Of a stretch of 41,813 nucleotides of DNA, positions 28,292 through 37,231 are shown piece by piece. The stretch is taken from contig JAFGEX010000343.1 in NCBI GenBank assembly GCA_016931355.1, forward strand, positions 1 to 41,813. The letters are read 5' to 3'. This DNA is from a bacterium (lineage in GTDB: Bacteria > Zhuqueibacterota > QNDG01 > JABMRT01). Made by a program: the position numbers and the translations under genes. Position 1 is the first letter of the stretch. Each line of letters begins with the position of its first letter. The notes under the pieces are model-generated. The model saw only the letters and a program-made list of their open reading frames with translations. It searched no databases and was not told where the DNA came from.

Positions 28292-29473
28292 ATGTCCATG
28301 CCTGCCAAGCGGGCCATCCGAATCAATTATTTCTTTTTCGCATTCGCCATGGGGGGCGCATTCCCCTACCTGGCTCCGTATTTCAAGGAAAATCTCGGCG
28401 TCACCGATTATACGCTGGGCCTGCTGCTCATGCTGAGGCCTGCAGTGGCCATTCTGTCCCAGCCTTTCTGGAGCTATTTCGCGGACAGGCACGGCCACAG
28501 GGCGCGCATAGCGGCCGGCCTGGCCGTGGCGGCCGGCGTTCTGTTCCCGCTCGTCTGGTTGGCCAGACCCATGGGCCTGTTGGTACTGGCCATCATGGCC
28601 TTTGCCTTCTTCAATGCCCCGCTCAACACGCTTGCAGACAGCCTGACCTTCGACTATCTCGGCCATCACAAGCGGATGCGTTTCGCCAATTTCCGCATTT
28701 TTGCATCGCTCGGTTTCGTCACAGCCGTGGCACTGATCGGCAAGGTGTACGACCGGTTCGGCATCCATTGGCTGTTCGCCGCGTATTCGATCAGCACCCT
28801 GATCGCGGTCTTTTTTCTCCTGAAAATCCCCTCCAACGGCAATTCGAGACCCTCCAGCTCCGGATGGAAAGAACTCGTGCTCCTGCTGCGGAAGCGGAAC
28901 GTGCTGCTCTTCCTGATATCCGTGCTGCTTGTCGAGACGGCAAACCAGATGTCCCACGCCTATCTGAGCGTGTACGGCAAGGCGCTGGGCGCCAATAATG
29001 CGCAGGCCGGATGGATCTGGGCTGTGGCGACACTGGCGGAAATGGTGACCATGTACCATTTCTCGAAGATAGCGGGTCGGCACGGCATCTGGAACATCCT
29101 TGCCGTGGGCATGGGAACCGCCATCCTCCGCTGGACGCTTTTCGCGTTCATGCGCGTCTGGTGGCAGCTTATCCCGCTGCAGCTCATGCATATCTTCACA
29201 TTGACCTTCGTGTATGTCGGATCCGCCATTTTTATGGATCTGGAAAGCCCGGCCTCGATACGCTTCACGGCCCAGGCCTTTTACAGCACATTCGTGCTCA
29301 ACGCCGGCATGATCATCGGCAGCATCGCGGGCGGAGCCATCGCGCATCGCTGGGGCTATTCGTCGATTTTCCTGTTTTCCGGGGGATTGTCGCTGATCGG
29401 CACCCTGGTCTTCATCCTGTTCGTCAAACCGCCGCAGGCCCATGAATCCCACGGGCAACCGGTTCAGGCATGA
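28292..29473 (+). CDS. MFS transporter (MFS_1-like, sugar/nucleoside type)
   Basis: About 12 TM segments; QPFWSYFADR, F.NFRIFASLGF, RFTAQAFY. Confidence 0.9.
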   Translation: MSMPAKRAIRINYFFFAFAMGGAFPYLAPYFKENLGVTDYTLGLLLMLRPAVAILSQPFWSYFADRHGHRARIAAGLAVAAGVLFPLVWLARPMGLLVLAIMAFAFFNAPLNTLADSLTFDYLGHHKRMRFANFRIFASLGFVTAVALIGKVYDRFGIHWLFAAYSISTLIAVFFLLKIPSNGNSRPSSSGWKELVLLLRKRNVLLFLISVLLVETANQMSHAYLSVYGKALGANNAQAGWIWAVATLAEMVTMYHFSKIAGRHGIWNILAVGMGTAILRWTLFAFMRVWWQLIPLQLMHIFTLTFVYVGSAIFMDLESPASIRFTAQAFYSTFVLNAGMIIGSIAGGAIAHRWGYSSIFLFSGGLSLIGTLVFILFVKPPQAHESHGQPVQA

Positions 29474-29491
29474 GGGGCGGCTGAAGCTGCC

Positions 29492-30250
29492 CTATCCGCC
29501 GAAATCCACCAGAAGCACATTTTTAAAGGAATAGACGGACCGGACCACGCCTTCGGGCGGCCGTGTGTCGTGGAGGTTATTGAAGCTCAATGAGATCGAG
29601 AAGCGTTTGGAAATCCGCATCAGGAAATCCGTTTGCGAGGCTGTCCTGAAGTCCGCCGGATCATCGATGCGGGGCTGAAAATAAGTGGTCTGAACCAGAG
29701 TGACGATGTCCGACAGCTTCCAGGTCCAGGAGGCATAGCTGCTCAGGCGGAATTGATCGGCGATGATGCCGGCCGTCTCCAGTTCCTCGTGTTCGAACAT
29801 GGGCAGGGCCGCCAGATAAAGACGGAATGATTCCACCGCGACGATCCGGAACCGCGGGCCCGCGCCCAGAAGTCCCCTGAAACGGACCGCCAGGATCTTG
29901 TTGGACTGCGCCTGCGTGAACGCCTCAGCCGTGAACCAGGGCCTGAACTTACGGTTGAAACGAAAATGCACGAACCCCGAGTTTGAAAAGTCCGAACGGT
30001 CCGCACGCAAAAATCCGTAATCGGCCAGAAACAGCGACAGGGTGCGCTGCGTCTTGAACTGGACGTGGAACCTTCCGCTCAGATTCAGCACCTGTTTCTG
30101 GTTCTTGATGATGTCGAAGGAGACCCTGGCGTTTCCGGACCAGCCGGTGGTATCCGTGCGGATGCGCTCCTGCTCGATGTTGAGGACCTGGCCTGATGAG
30201 GCCCCGGCCAGGATGGAGAAAAAGATGAAGGCAAGAAACGGCTTGTTCAT
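29492..30250 (-). CDS. DUF481-like outer-membrane beta-barrel protein
   Basis: Start MNKPF, signal peptide then QVLNIE..R; GFVHFRFN, EAFTQ, GAGPRF, YFQPR motifs. Confidence 0.75.
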   Translation of the reverse strand: MNKPFLAFIFFSILAGASSGQVLNIEQERIRTDTTGWSGNARVSFDIIKNQKQVLNLSGRFHVQFKTQRTLSLFLADYGFLRADRSDFSNSGFVHFRFNRKFRPWFTAEAFTQAQSNKILAVRFRGLLGAGPRFRIVAVESFRLYLAALPMFEHEELETAGIIADQFRLSSYASWTWKLSDIVTLVQTTYFQPRIDDPADFRTASQTDFLMRISKRFSISLSFNNLHDTRPPEGVVRSVYSFKNVLLVDFGG

Positions 30251-30308
30251 GGGTGTACCCGAACGGGATGCGGATGAGGGAGAAGAAGCGCAATCCGTCC
30301 CGCGGCGG

Positions 30309-30391
30309 ATTGAAGCACCCCGGTATCGTGCCGCCGGGGGATAGTCGATCGGCAAGGATGATCACTTTTGTATTTGTTTGCGGTCAGATCA
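30309..30391 (-). repeat. Family-1 repeat, reverse copy
   Basis: ATTGAAGCACCCCGG...CCGGGGGATAGTCGATC...CGGTCAGATCA is the reverse complement of the consensus ends. Confidence 0.65.
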
Positions 30392-31468
30392 TCTCTTGAC
30401 CCGCGCATTCCCCTCCCAGATGCTCCAGATTTCCTCTTCATCCGCGGGCTGCGCGTAATCGGTGAGCAGGGTAGTGGCCAGCGCGCCGCCGGCCCAGCCG
30501 AATTGAACCCATTTTTCAGGCTCCCATCCCCTGAGCACAGCGTGGAGAAGGCCGCCCACAAACGCGTCCCCGCCTCCGATGCGGTCGAGCACGGCGATTT
30601 CGCGCGGCCCCACGACATGCCAGCTGTCCCCTGCATACAGGATGGCGCCCCATTTGTGCAGGTTGGCGTTCACGACTTCGCGCAGGGTTGTGGCGAATAC
30701 GGACGCTGCGGGATAGGCTTTCCTGACCCGTCCGATCATTTCCTTGAAGCTGTCGATCTTGCCCGCCAGCCCCTTGCCGCCCGCCTCGGGCCCCTCGATC
30801 CCCAGGGCCAGCTGGAAGTCCTCCTCGTTCCCCACGAGGATATCCGCAGATCCGGCGATCTGGTGGAAAATGTCCCTGAGTTCCTTCTGCCGGTTTTTCC
30901 AGAACGAGGCCCTGTAGTTGAGGTCGAATGAGATTCGGGTACCGTGCTTTTTCGCTGCCTTCGCCAGCCCCAGGCAGAATTCGCCTGTTTCCGGTGAAAG
31001 TGCTGCGATCAGGCCGGACAGGTGCAGGATCTGCACGCCTTCCTTTCCGAAGATGCGCTCCAGATCGAAATCCCTGACGTTCAGCGTGCGGCCCACCTCG
31101 CCGGCGCGGTCGTTGTGCACGCGCGGGCCGCGCGAACCTTTCCCGCTGTCCGCGATGTTGAACTGATGCCGGAATCCCCACGGGCCGCCCTGTTCGACCT
31201 CTTTGCCTTCGACATCCATGTGCCGGCCCGCGAGATCGTCCTTGATCAGGCGCGCCACCGGGCTGCCCTTGACGAATGTGGTGAGCACCTTCACGCGCAT
31301 GCCGAGAAACGCAGGGATGCTCGCCACATTCGTTTCAGCGCTGGTGGCCTGGAGGAAGAAGTTCCTGCTTGCGTGCACGGGCTGTCCTTCTGCAGGCGTG
31401 ATTCGCACGCCCATGCTCGAAGGCACGAGCAGGGCATATCGCGAGTCTTTGCGGAGTTCCATGTCCAT
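30389..31468 (-). CDS. PfkB family sugar kinase (KdgK-like)
   Basis: SAETNVA, ISFDLNYRASFW, GNEEDF, DRIGGGDAF PfkB signature. Confidence 0.88.
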   Translation of the reverse strand: MDMELRKDSRYALLVPSSMGVRITPAEGQPVHASRNFFLQATSAETNVASIPAFLGMRVKVLTTFVKGSPVARLIKDDLAGRHMDVEGKEVEQGGPWGFRHQFNIADSGKGSRGPRVHNDRAGEVGRTLNVRDFDLERIFGKEGVQILHLSGLIAALSPETGEFCLGLAKAAKKHGTRISFDLNYRASFWKNRQKELRDIFHQIAGSADILVGNEEDFQLALGIEGPEAGGKGLAGKIDSFKEMIGRVRKAYPAASVFATTLREVVNANLHKWGAILYAGDSWHVVGPREIAVLDRIGGGDAFVGGLLHAVLRGWEPEKWVQFGWAGGALATTLLTDYAQPADEEEIWSIWEGNARVKR

Positions 31469-31495
31469 CCTTTCGGTTCGGGCGACCCCGGGGTA

Positions 31496-31545
31496 CTGAC
31501 AATTCCGGGGCTTGCCCCGGAATCAGCGAGCGAATCCAAATGTCT
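31496..31545 (+). repeat. Family-1 repeat, partial left/central copy
   Basis: CTGACAATTCCGGGGCTTGCCCCGGAATCAGCGAGCGAATCCAAATGTCT. Confidence 0.7.
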
Positions 31546-31616
31546 ACATCCAAACGGACCCCGGGGTACAATCCGGGACGCTGAAACTGCGACGCAACTC
31601 GAAATTGCGACGCATT

Positions 31617-33101
31617 TCAGCCGGCGAACGGATTCTCAGTCGGGTAATACGTCCCCTTCGGCAGGTTGAAGGAAATGTCCGGTACGCCGAGCGCCTTCAT
31701 GACTTCGAAAATGGATTTGCCCGCATGCCGGAACGCGACCGCCGTGTGATGCGGGAAGCGTTTTTCGATCAGCACATGGCGGTAGAAACGTCCCATTTCC
31801 CGCACCGCGAAGATGCCGATCCCGCCGAAGGATTTGGGATCCAGGTCCAGAACCTCCGCCTCCGCGATATAACCCTTGAGCTGCGTGTCCGCAGTGGACT
31901 GGATGCGGAATATCGTGGCTTCGCCCGGCCGGATCCGGCCTTCGAGCGTGCCGCGCGTGATGTCCGGATTCTTCCCCGGCTCCATGAGCCGGTGCATGAT
32001 GAGCTGGTATTTCATCTCGATGTTCGCCATGCATGAGGCGGGCGTATTCCCGCAGTGGAACCCCATGAACAGGTCGGTCGGCTTGTAGTCCCCCACGGTT
32101 TTCCTGCCCGCCTCGATCAGGTCATAGGGCACCGTATTGTTGATGTCCAGTAAAGTGGCGGGCATTTCCGTGACGCAGCCGGCCACATATTCGCTGAGCA
32201 CGCCGTATATGTCCACTTCGCAGGAAACGGGTATGCCGCGGCCGGCCAGCCTGGAATTCACGTAGCAGGGCACGAATCCGAAGTATTTCTCGAAAGACGG
32301 CCAGCATTTGTTTGCGAAAACGCCGTATTCTGAGGCGCCGAGATTTTTTTCCATGAAATGGAGCAGTGCCACCTCGTGCTGGGCCAGCTTTTTCAGAATG
32401 TCCGGATGCTTGTTCCCGACACCGAGTTCCTTTGCCATGTCCTTTGCAACAGCCTCGATTTCCGCGCTGTCCTTTGCGGACAGGAAGGCATCGTACAGAT
32501 CCAGTTCGCTGTTCTCCATGATTTCGACGCCCAGGTCGTAGAGCGCCTTGACGGGCGCATTGCAGGCGAGGAAATCCTGCGGCCTGGGACCGAACGAAAA
32601 AATCTTCAGCCTGCGCAGGCCCAGCAGGGCGCGTGCAACAGGCATGAAATCCGCGATCATGCCAGCGATTTCATCCGGCGTTCCGACCGGATACTCCGGG
32701 ATGTAGGGGCGCAGCTTCCTGAGCCCGATGTTGTAGGAGGCGTTCAGCATGCCGCAATAGGCATCCCCGCGGCCTCCGACCAGGTCCTTCCCCGTCTCCT
32801 CCGCAGCAGCCGCGAACATGACCGGGCCGCCGAATTTCTGCGCCAGCAGGGTTTCAGGGCCTTCGGGCCCGAAATTCCCCAGATAAACGAGCAGGGCGTT
32901 GACGCCTTCCTTCTCGATTTCCTTCAATGCCTTGAGCGCATCCGCTTCGTTTTCAACCGTTGTCTTGAGCTCTGTGACAGGGATTTTCTTCGCCTTGCAT
33001 GCTGCGGCGACAAGGGAGCGCCGCTTCTGGGAAAGCTCGATGGGGAAGCAGTCCCGGCTGACCGCCGTGATTCCCATGCGAACCTGGGGGACATTGTTCA
33101 T
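31617..33101 (-). CDS. L-fucose/L-arabinose isomerase-family protein
   Basis: VSRDCFP, YLGNFGPE, RGDAYCG, NKCWP, CEVDIYG, MGFHCGN, FPHHTAV; RBS AGGAG. Confidence 0.85.
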   Translation of the reverse strand: MNNVPQVRMGITAVSRDCFPIELSQKRRSLVAAACKAKKIPVTELKTTVENEADALKALKEIEKEGVNALLVYLGNFGPEGPETLLAQKFGGPVMFAAAAEETGKDLVGGRGDAYCGMLNASYNIGLRKLRPYIPEYPVGTPDEIAGMIADFMPVARALLGLRRLKIFSFGPRPQDFLACNAPVKALYDLGVEIMENSELDLYDAFLSAKDSAEIEAVAKDMAKELGVGNKHPDILKKLAQHEVALLHFMEKNLGASEYGVFANKCWPSFEKYFGFVPCYVNSRLAGRGIPVSCEVDIYGVLSEYVAGCVTEMPATLLDINNTVPYDLIEAGRKTVGDYKPTDLFMGFHCGNTPASCMANIEMKYQLIMHRLMEPGKNPDITRGTLEGRIRPGEATIFRIQSTADTQLKGYIAEAEVLDLDPKSFGGIGIFAVREMGRFYRHVLIEKRFPHHTAVAFRHAGKSIFEVMKALGVPDISFNLPKGTYYPTENPFAG

Positions 33102-33117
33102 GTGTATTCTCCTGTTT

Positions 33118-33209
33118 TTTTAATCTCTAAGGGTAAAATTCGCCTCCTGGGGGTCATTGTGTTTTGGATTTTCGCTTGATACCCCACTGCCTGCAGCGGA
33201 GCGGTTCAT
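33118..33209 (+). repeat. Family-2 hairpin repeat
   Basis: TTTTAATCTCTAAGGGTAAAAT...GATACCCCACTGCCTGCAGCGGAGCGGTTCAT aligns with 35671-35765. Confidence 0.6.
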
Positions 33210-33294
33210 GCGATGCGTGTATCATTCCCCGCTTCCCGGGGCTGATGATGTTTCCGGTTTTCTTTTACTGCCCCGCTTCCTGCTGCAGGGGCAA

Positions 33295-33993
33295 TCATTT
33301 TTTCTGCCCGTAGGTTGCGTCCCTGCCGTGCTTGCGCAGATAATGTTTGTCGATCAGGGACTTGTTCAGCCGCGGTGCGCCGGGACGGATCTCGAGGGTC
33401 ATCCAGGCCATGCGGGCGATCTCCTCCAGCATGACGCTGTTATAGACCGCCTTTTCGGCCGTGGCCCCCCATGTGAATGGGCCGTGGCCCGCGACCAGCG
33501 CCATCTCGATTTCGCGGCAGGTTCTTCCGGCCAGGGCCTTCACGATCGCCAGTCCGGTCTCCTCCTCATAATCGCCCTTGACCGATCTGTTTGTCAGGGG
33601 CCTGGTGCAGGGGATGTCGAATGCGAGATGGTCCGCATGCGTGGTCCCGAGAATAGGTATGGGCAGGCCGGCCTGGGCCCACGCAACAGCGCAACCCGAA
33701 TGCGTGTGGCAAACGCCCCCGATTTCCGGGAAATGCCTGTACAGCACAGCATGGGTTTTTGTGTCCGACGACGGCCTGAGCTTTCCCTCCACAATCCGGT
33801 TTTCCAGATCCACGACGACCATATCGGAGGGCTTGAGCGCATCGTAGGGGATCCCGCTCGGCTTGATGGCGAACACGGCCCTGTCCCGGTCCGCAGCGCT
33901 GACATTCCCGAAAGAATACCGGACCAGGCCCTGCACCGGGAGGTCCATGTTGGCTTCCCAGGCGATGCGCTTCAACTCGCGGAAACGGTTCAT
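33295..33993 (-). CDS. araD: L-ribulose-5-phosphate 4-epimerase
   Basis: FGNVS, AIKPSG, PSSDT.TH, HTHS, GTTHAD, HGPFTWG, KHG..ATYGQ; ATGA-coupled to araB. Confidence 0.93.
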   Translation of the reverse strand: MNRFRELKRIAWEANMDLPVQGLVRYSFGNVSAADRDRAVFAIKPSGIPYDALKPSDMVVVDLENRIVEGKLRPSSDTKTHAVLYRHFPEIGGVCHTHSGCAVAWAQAGLPIPILGTTHADHLAFDIPCTRPLTNRSVKGDYEEETGLAIVKALAGRTCREIEMALVAGHGPFTWGATAEKAVYNSVMLEEIARMAWMTLEIRPGAPRLNKSLIDKHYLRKHGRDATYGQKK

Positions 33994-35660
33994 GGGGTGA
34001 ATTCCTTTTCGACCCATGTACTGAGCCTGGAATAGCGCTCGTAAAGCGCCATGTATTTCTTGCGGCTGGATGCATCCGGCTTGTAGGTTTTTTCGAATCC
34101 GTTTCCCATGGCCTTTTGGGCGGACGGGATGTCCTTGTATATCCCGGCCGCAACTGCTGCGAACATGGCGGCGCCGAGAGCAGTGGCCTGCTCCAGGCGC
34201 GCGACCTGAATCGGCATATCCAGAACATCCGCCACCACCTGCATGACATAGGGCGCCTTTTTGGGAATGCCCCCGATGGCGATGACCCCCTGGATGGGTA
34301 TGCCTTCCTCCGTGAAACGGTCCACGATTTTCCTGGCGCCGAATGCCGTGGATTCCACAAGCGCCTTGAATACGCGCGGCGCATCCGATCCCAGATTCAT
34401 GGATGCGATCGCGCCCTTCAGCATCTGATTGGCGTAGGGTGTGCGCCTTCCGTTGAACCAGTCCAGGGCCACGATCCCGGTCTCATCCGGCGGGATCTGG
34501 GCAGCCGCCTTGGAAAGGGCCGGGATAACTGCCGAGGAGATCTGCCTGTAAAGCTCCTCTGAGTCCTTGAACGGGGAGGTCTGCATGAGCAGGTTGTCAA
34601 TGGGCCACAGGATCAATTTTTTGAACCAGGCATATACGTCTCCGAAGGCGGATTGTCCGGCTTCCATCCCGAGCATGCCCGGTATGATGGAACCGTCCAC
34701 CTGCCCGCAAATGCCCTTGATGAGCTTATCCCCGATTTCCTTGTTCGGAGCCACCAGCATGTCGCAGGTGGATGTGCCCATGGCCTTGCACAGGATGTAG
34801 GGCTTGATTTCCCCCCCGACCGCTCCCATGTGCGCGTCAAAAGCCCCCACACTGACCGGGATGCCTTCCGGGAGGCCCAGCCTGCCCGCCCATTCCGCGG
34901 AAAGGCCCCCGAATACAGCGTCCGATGTATAGGTTTCGCTGAACAGCCTCTGCCTCAGGCCCTGAAGCGCAGGATCCAGCCGGGTCAGGAAAGCCTCTGA
35001 GGGGAGCCCGCCCCAGGAGGGATGCCACATGGCCTTGTGTCCAGCTGCGCAGCGGCTGCGCTTGAGGGTCAGGGGATCTGCGAGCCCGGTCAGAAGGGCG
35101 GGGATCCAGTCGCAATGTTCCACCCAGGAGAAGGCGGCCTCCCGCACCTTTCTGTCTTTTCTCAGCGTATTGAGGATTTTCGCCCAGAACCATTCAGAGG
35201 AGTACACGCCGCCCTCGAACCGGGTAAAATCCCCTTCCGGCCATGTCCCGGCCAGCGCATTGATCTCCTCCGCCTCCCGCACAGCCGTATGATCCTTCCA
35301 CAGGATGAACATGGCGTTCGGATTGTTCTTGAATTCCTCCAGCAGCGCAAGCGGAGTTCCGCTCTTGTCCACAGCCACGGGCGTGGACCCGGTCGTGTCC
35401 ACGGCTATGCCCGCCACGCTTTCCGCAACGCCCTTGGGGCATTTGGATAGGGCTTCCCGGACCGCTGCTTCGAGGGATTCGATGTAGTCCAGCGGATGCT
35501 GGCGGAACTGGTTGGCGTTCGGATCGCAGTACCGGCCCTCCGACCAGCGCCTGTAATGGGAAACGGCATTGGCGGTTTCCTCGCCGTTGCGGGCGTTCAC
35601 CACGACCGCGCGTACGGAATCCGTGCCGTAATCCATGCCGATGACGAATGGATCTTTCAT
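33990..35660 (-). CDS. araB: Ribulokinase
   Basis: GMDYGTDSVRA, QFRQHP.DY, LWKDHTA, YSSEWFWAK, CAAGHKAMW, EAGQSAFGD. Confidence 0.95.
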   Translation of the reverse strand: MKDPFVIGMDYGTDSVRAVVVNARNGEETANAVSHYRRWSEGRYCDPNANQFRQHPLDYIESLEAAVREALSKCPKGVAESVAGIAVDTTGSTPVAVDKSGTPLALLEEFKNNPNAMFILWKDHTAVREAEEINALAGTWPEGDFTRFEGGVYSSEWFWAKILNTLRKDRKVREAAFSWVEHCDWIPALLTGLADPLTLKRSRCAAGHKAMWHPSWGGLPSEAFLTRLDPALQGLRQRLFSETYTSDAVFGGLSAEWAGRLGLPEGIPVSVGAFDAHMGAVGGEIKPYILCKAMGTSTCDMLVAPNKEIGDKLIKGICGQVDGSIIPGMLGMEAGQSAFGDVYAWFKKLILWPIDNLLMQTSPFKDSEELYRQISSAVIPALSKAAAQIPPDETGIVALDWFNGRRTPYANQMLKGAIASMNLGSDAPRVFKALVESTAFGARKIVDRFTEEGIPIQGVIAIGGIPKKAPYVMQVVADVLDMPIQVARLEQATALGAAMFAAVAAGIYKDIPSAQKAMGNGFEKTYKPDASSRKKYMALYERYSRLSTWVEKEFTP

Positions 35661-35670
35661 GTCTTCCCCG

Positions 35671-35765
35671 TTTTAATCTCTATGGATCAAATGACCCGCC
35701 CTTCGGGGCGCGTCCTGTTTCCCTCGTTTTTGGGCACGCCGCTGCTTGCGGCGGGATCGTTCATT
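35671..35765 (+). repeat. Family-2 hairpin repeat
   Basis: TTTTAATCTCTATGGATCAAATGACCCGCCCTTCGGGGCG...CCGCTGCTTGCGGCGGGATCGTTCATT. Confidence 0.6.
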
Positions 35766-36795
35766 ATTGATAATAATCGATATTCTCCCGGGTCAGGATG
35801 TCCAGCGGCATCATGATGCGGCTTTCCACCTTCTCCCGGAAGAGAAGATGCCTGCACAGGCAGTCGATGCTCCGGTATCCCTGGAGGTCCGGTTTCTGGC
35901 TGATCAGAAAGTCGATGGATCCCTCCCTGAGCAGCCGGACGTTCCGGGGTATCAGGTCGTATCCGATCAGGCGGAATTTCCGTTTTGATCGTATTTCCTG
36001 CAGGGCCCCGACAATGCGGTGCATGGAGGCGTCGGTTACGAATATCCCTTCCAGGTCCGGCAGGGATTCGATTTGGGATGCAAACCGCTTTGTAAACAGC
36101 GCGGGGCTTTCCTCGCCCTGCATGCTGATCGTGAAAACCGGCGCGATCCCGCAGTCCCGGTAATGGGAGAGGAAGCCGGCCGCGCGCCGGTCGATATGAT
36201 AATCCTCGGGAAGTACGCGCAGGACCGCCACATCCATTCCTTCACGGATGATGTTTTTCATGAGCGAGGCGGCCAGGACGCCCCCCTGGAAGGGATCCTG
36301 TCCGATGAAACTCAAGGGCTCGACCGTGGGGATGGATGAATCGATGAACACAAAGGCGAGGTCCTGCGGTAATTTCCGGATGAACCGTTCCGTGGCCCAT
36401 GGCAACACGGGCGCGATGACGAGGCCGTCCACCCTGTCCGCCAGAGCCTGCTTTCCGGCCTCCACGAAGGAGGCCTCCGAATACCGGTCGAAATGATAGG
36501 CCTGCGTGCGGATATGGTAGGATTGGAAATCCCTGCCTGCTTTTTCAATGCCCGCCATGGGGATTTCCCAGTATCCCCCGTCCTGCGCAGGCTCGGGCGT
36601 CAGGATGCCGAATGTGAACACACGGGTTCTTTTCAGGTTCTGGGCGAATGCATTGGGTTTGTATTTCATTTCCTCGATGATGAACCGGACTTTTTCCTCG
36701 GTCTCTTTGGACACGCGGCCGCGTTTATGAATGACGCGGTCCACTGTTCCGATGGAAACATGCGCTTTTTTTGCTATGTCTTTGATTGTCGTCAA
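35764..36795 (-). CDS. LacI family regulator of the ara cluster (TTG start)
   Basis: TIKDIAKKAHVSIGTVDRVIH, YKPN..A..L, IGYDL, FLISQKP. Confidence 0.92.
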   Translation of the reverse strand: MTTIKDIAKKAHVSIGTVDRVIHKRGRVSKETEEKVRFIIEEMKYKPNAFAQNLKRTRVFTFGILTPEPAQDGGYWEIPMAGIEKAGRDFQSYHIRTQAYHFDRYSEASFVEAGKQALADRVDGLVIAPVLPWATERFIRKLPQDLAFVFIDSSIPTVEPLSFIGQDPFQGGVLAASLMKNIIREGMDVAVLRVLPEDYHIDRRAAGFLSHYRDCGIAPVFTISMQGEESPALFTKRFASQIESLPDLEGIFVTDASMHRIVGALQEIRSKRKFRLIGYDLIPRNVRLLREGSIDFLISQKPDLQGYRSIDCLCRHLLFREKVESRIMMPLDILTRENIDYYQ

Positions 36796-36815
36796 GTTAA
36801 AACCAATAAAATCAG

Positions 36816-36837
36816 ATTGCGTTATGGTTCACGCAAT
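36816..36837. promoter_or_regulatory. Putative operator of the ara-cluster regulator
   Basis: Inverted repeat ATTGCGT-N8-ACGCAAT overlapping the -10 box. Confidence 0.6.
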
Positions 36838-36863
36838 ATAACAGGTTTTAATGGATTAGTCAA
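36835..36863 (-). promoter_or_regulatory. sigma70 promoter of the ara cluster
   Basis: Minus strand TTGACT, 17 bp spacer, TATATT. Confidence 0.7.
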
Positions 36864-36893
36864 GTGGAAATCGGAAAGGAATCCGGCTTTATG

Positions 36894-37115
36894 TGAATCG
36901 GACAGCGAGCGCATTCCCCTTTTAGCCTGCTCCGGGATAAGCGAGCGAATCCAAATGTCTTTTTTTGCAGATCGCAGATTCCCCGCCGCGGGCTGCCGGG
37001 GAGCTTCAATCAGGGTGCATACCCTGAGTCTTGCCGCCGGCAAGCGAGCGGGCAGGCGTGTCTTTTTCCCGGAGAGACCGAAGTCTCCCCGCTTCGAGTC
37101 GGCCGGGAATCCTAT
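36894..37115 (+). repeat. Family-1 repeat: full copy (36894-37010) plus degenerate tandem copy
   Basis: TGAATCGGACAGCGAGCGCATTCCCC...GGGGAGCTTCAAT, then GTGCATACCC...AAGCGAGCG...TGTCTTTTTCCC...GACCGAAGTCTCCCCGC. Confidence 0.85.
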
Positions 37116-37137
37116 TATCCTGGATTCATAAATGTCC

Positions 37138-37166
37138 TTGACATTCAACAATAGGTTTTATATATA
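37138..37166 (+). promoter_or_regulatory. Possible sigma70 promoter
   Basis: TTGACA, 17 bp spacer, TATATA upstream of the 37232 gene. Confidence 0.5.
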
Positions 37167-37231
37167 TCCTTTGTACGCTATCCTTTTGCCCGGCTTCCAT
37201 TCATGCTGTTTCACTCAAGACAGGAGGATCT

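Noticed and set aside
29475-29492. Hairpin between the convergent MFS and DUF481 genes as a terminator
   Set aside because: Short stem with no U-tract on either strand; plausible but unsupported.
33118-33129. TTTTAATCTCTA shared with 35671-35682 as a transcription-factor site
   Set aside because: Similarity extends about 90 bp into a hairpin repeat, so it is better explained as the end of family 2.
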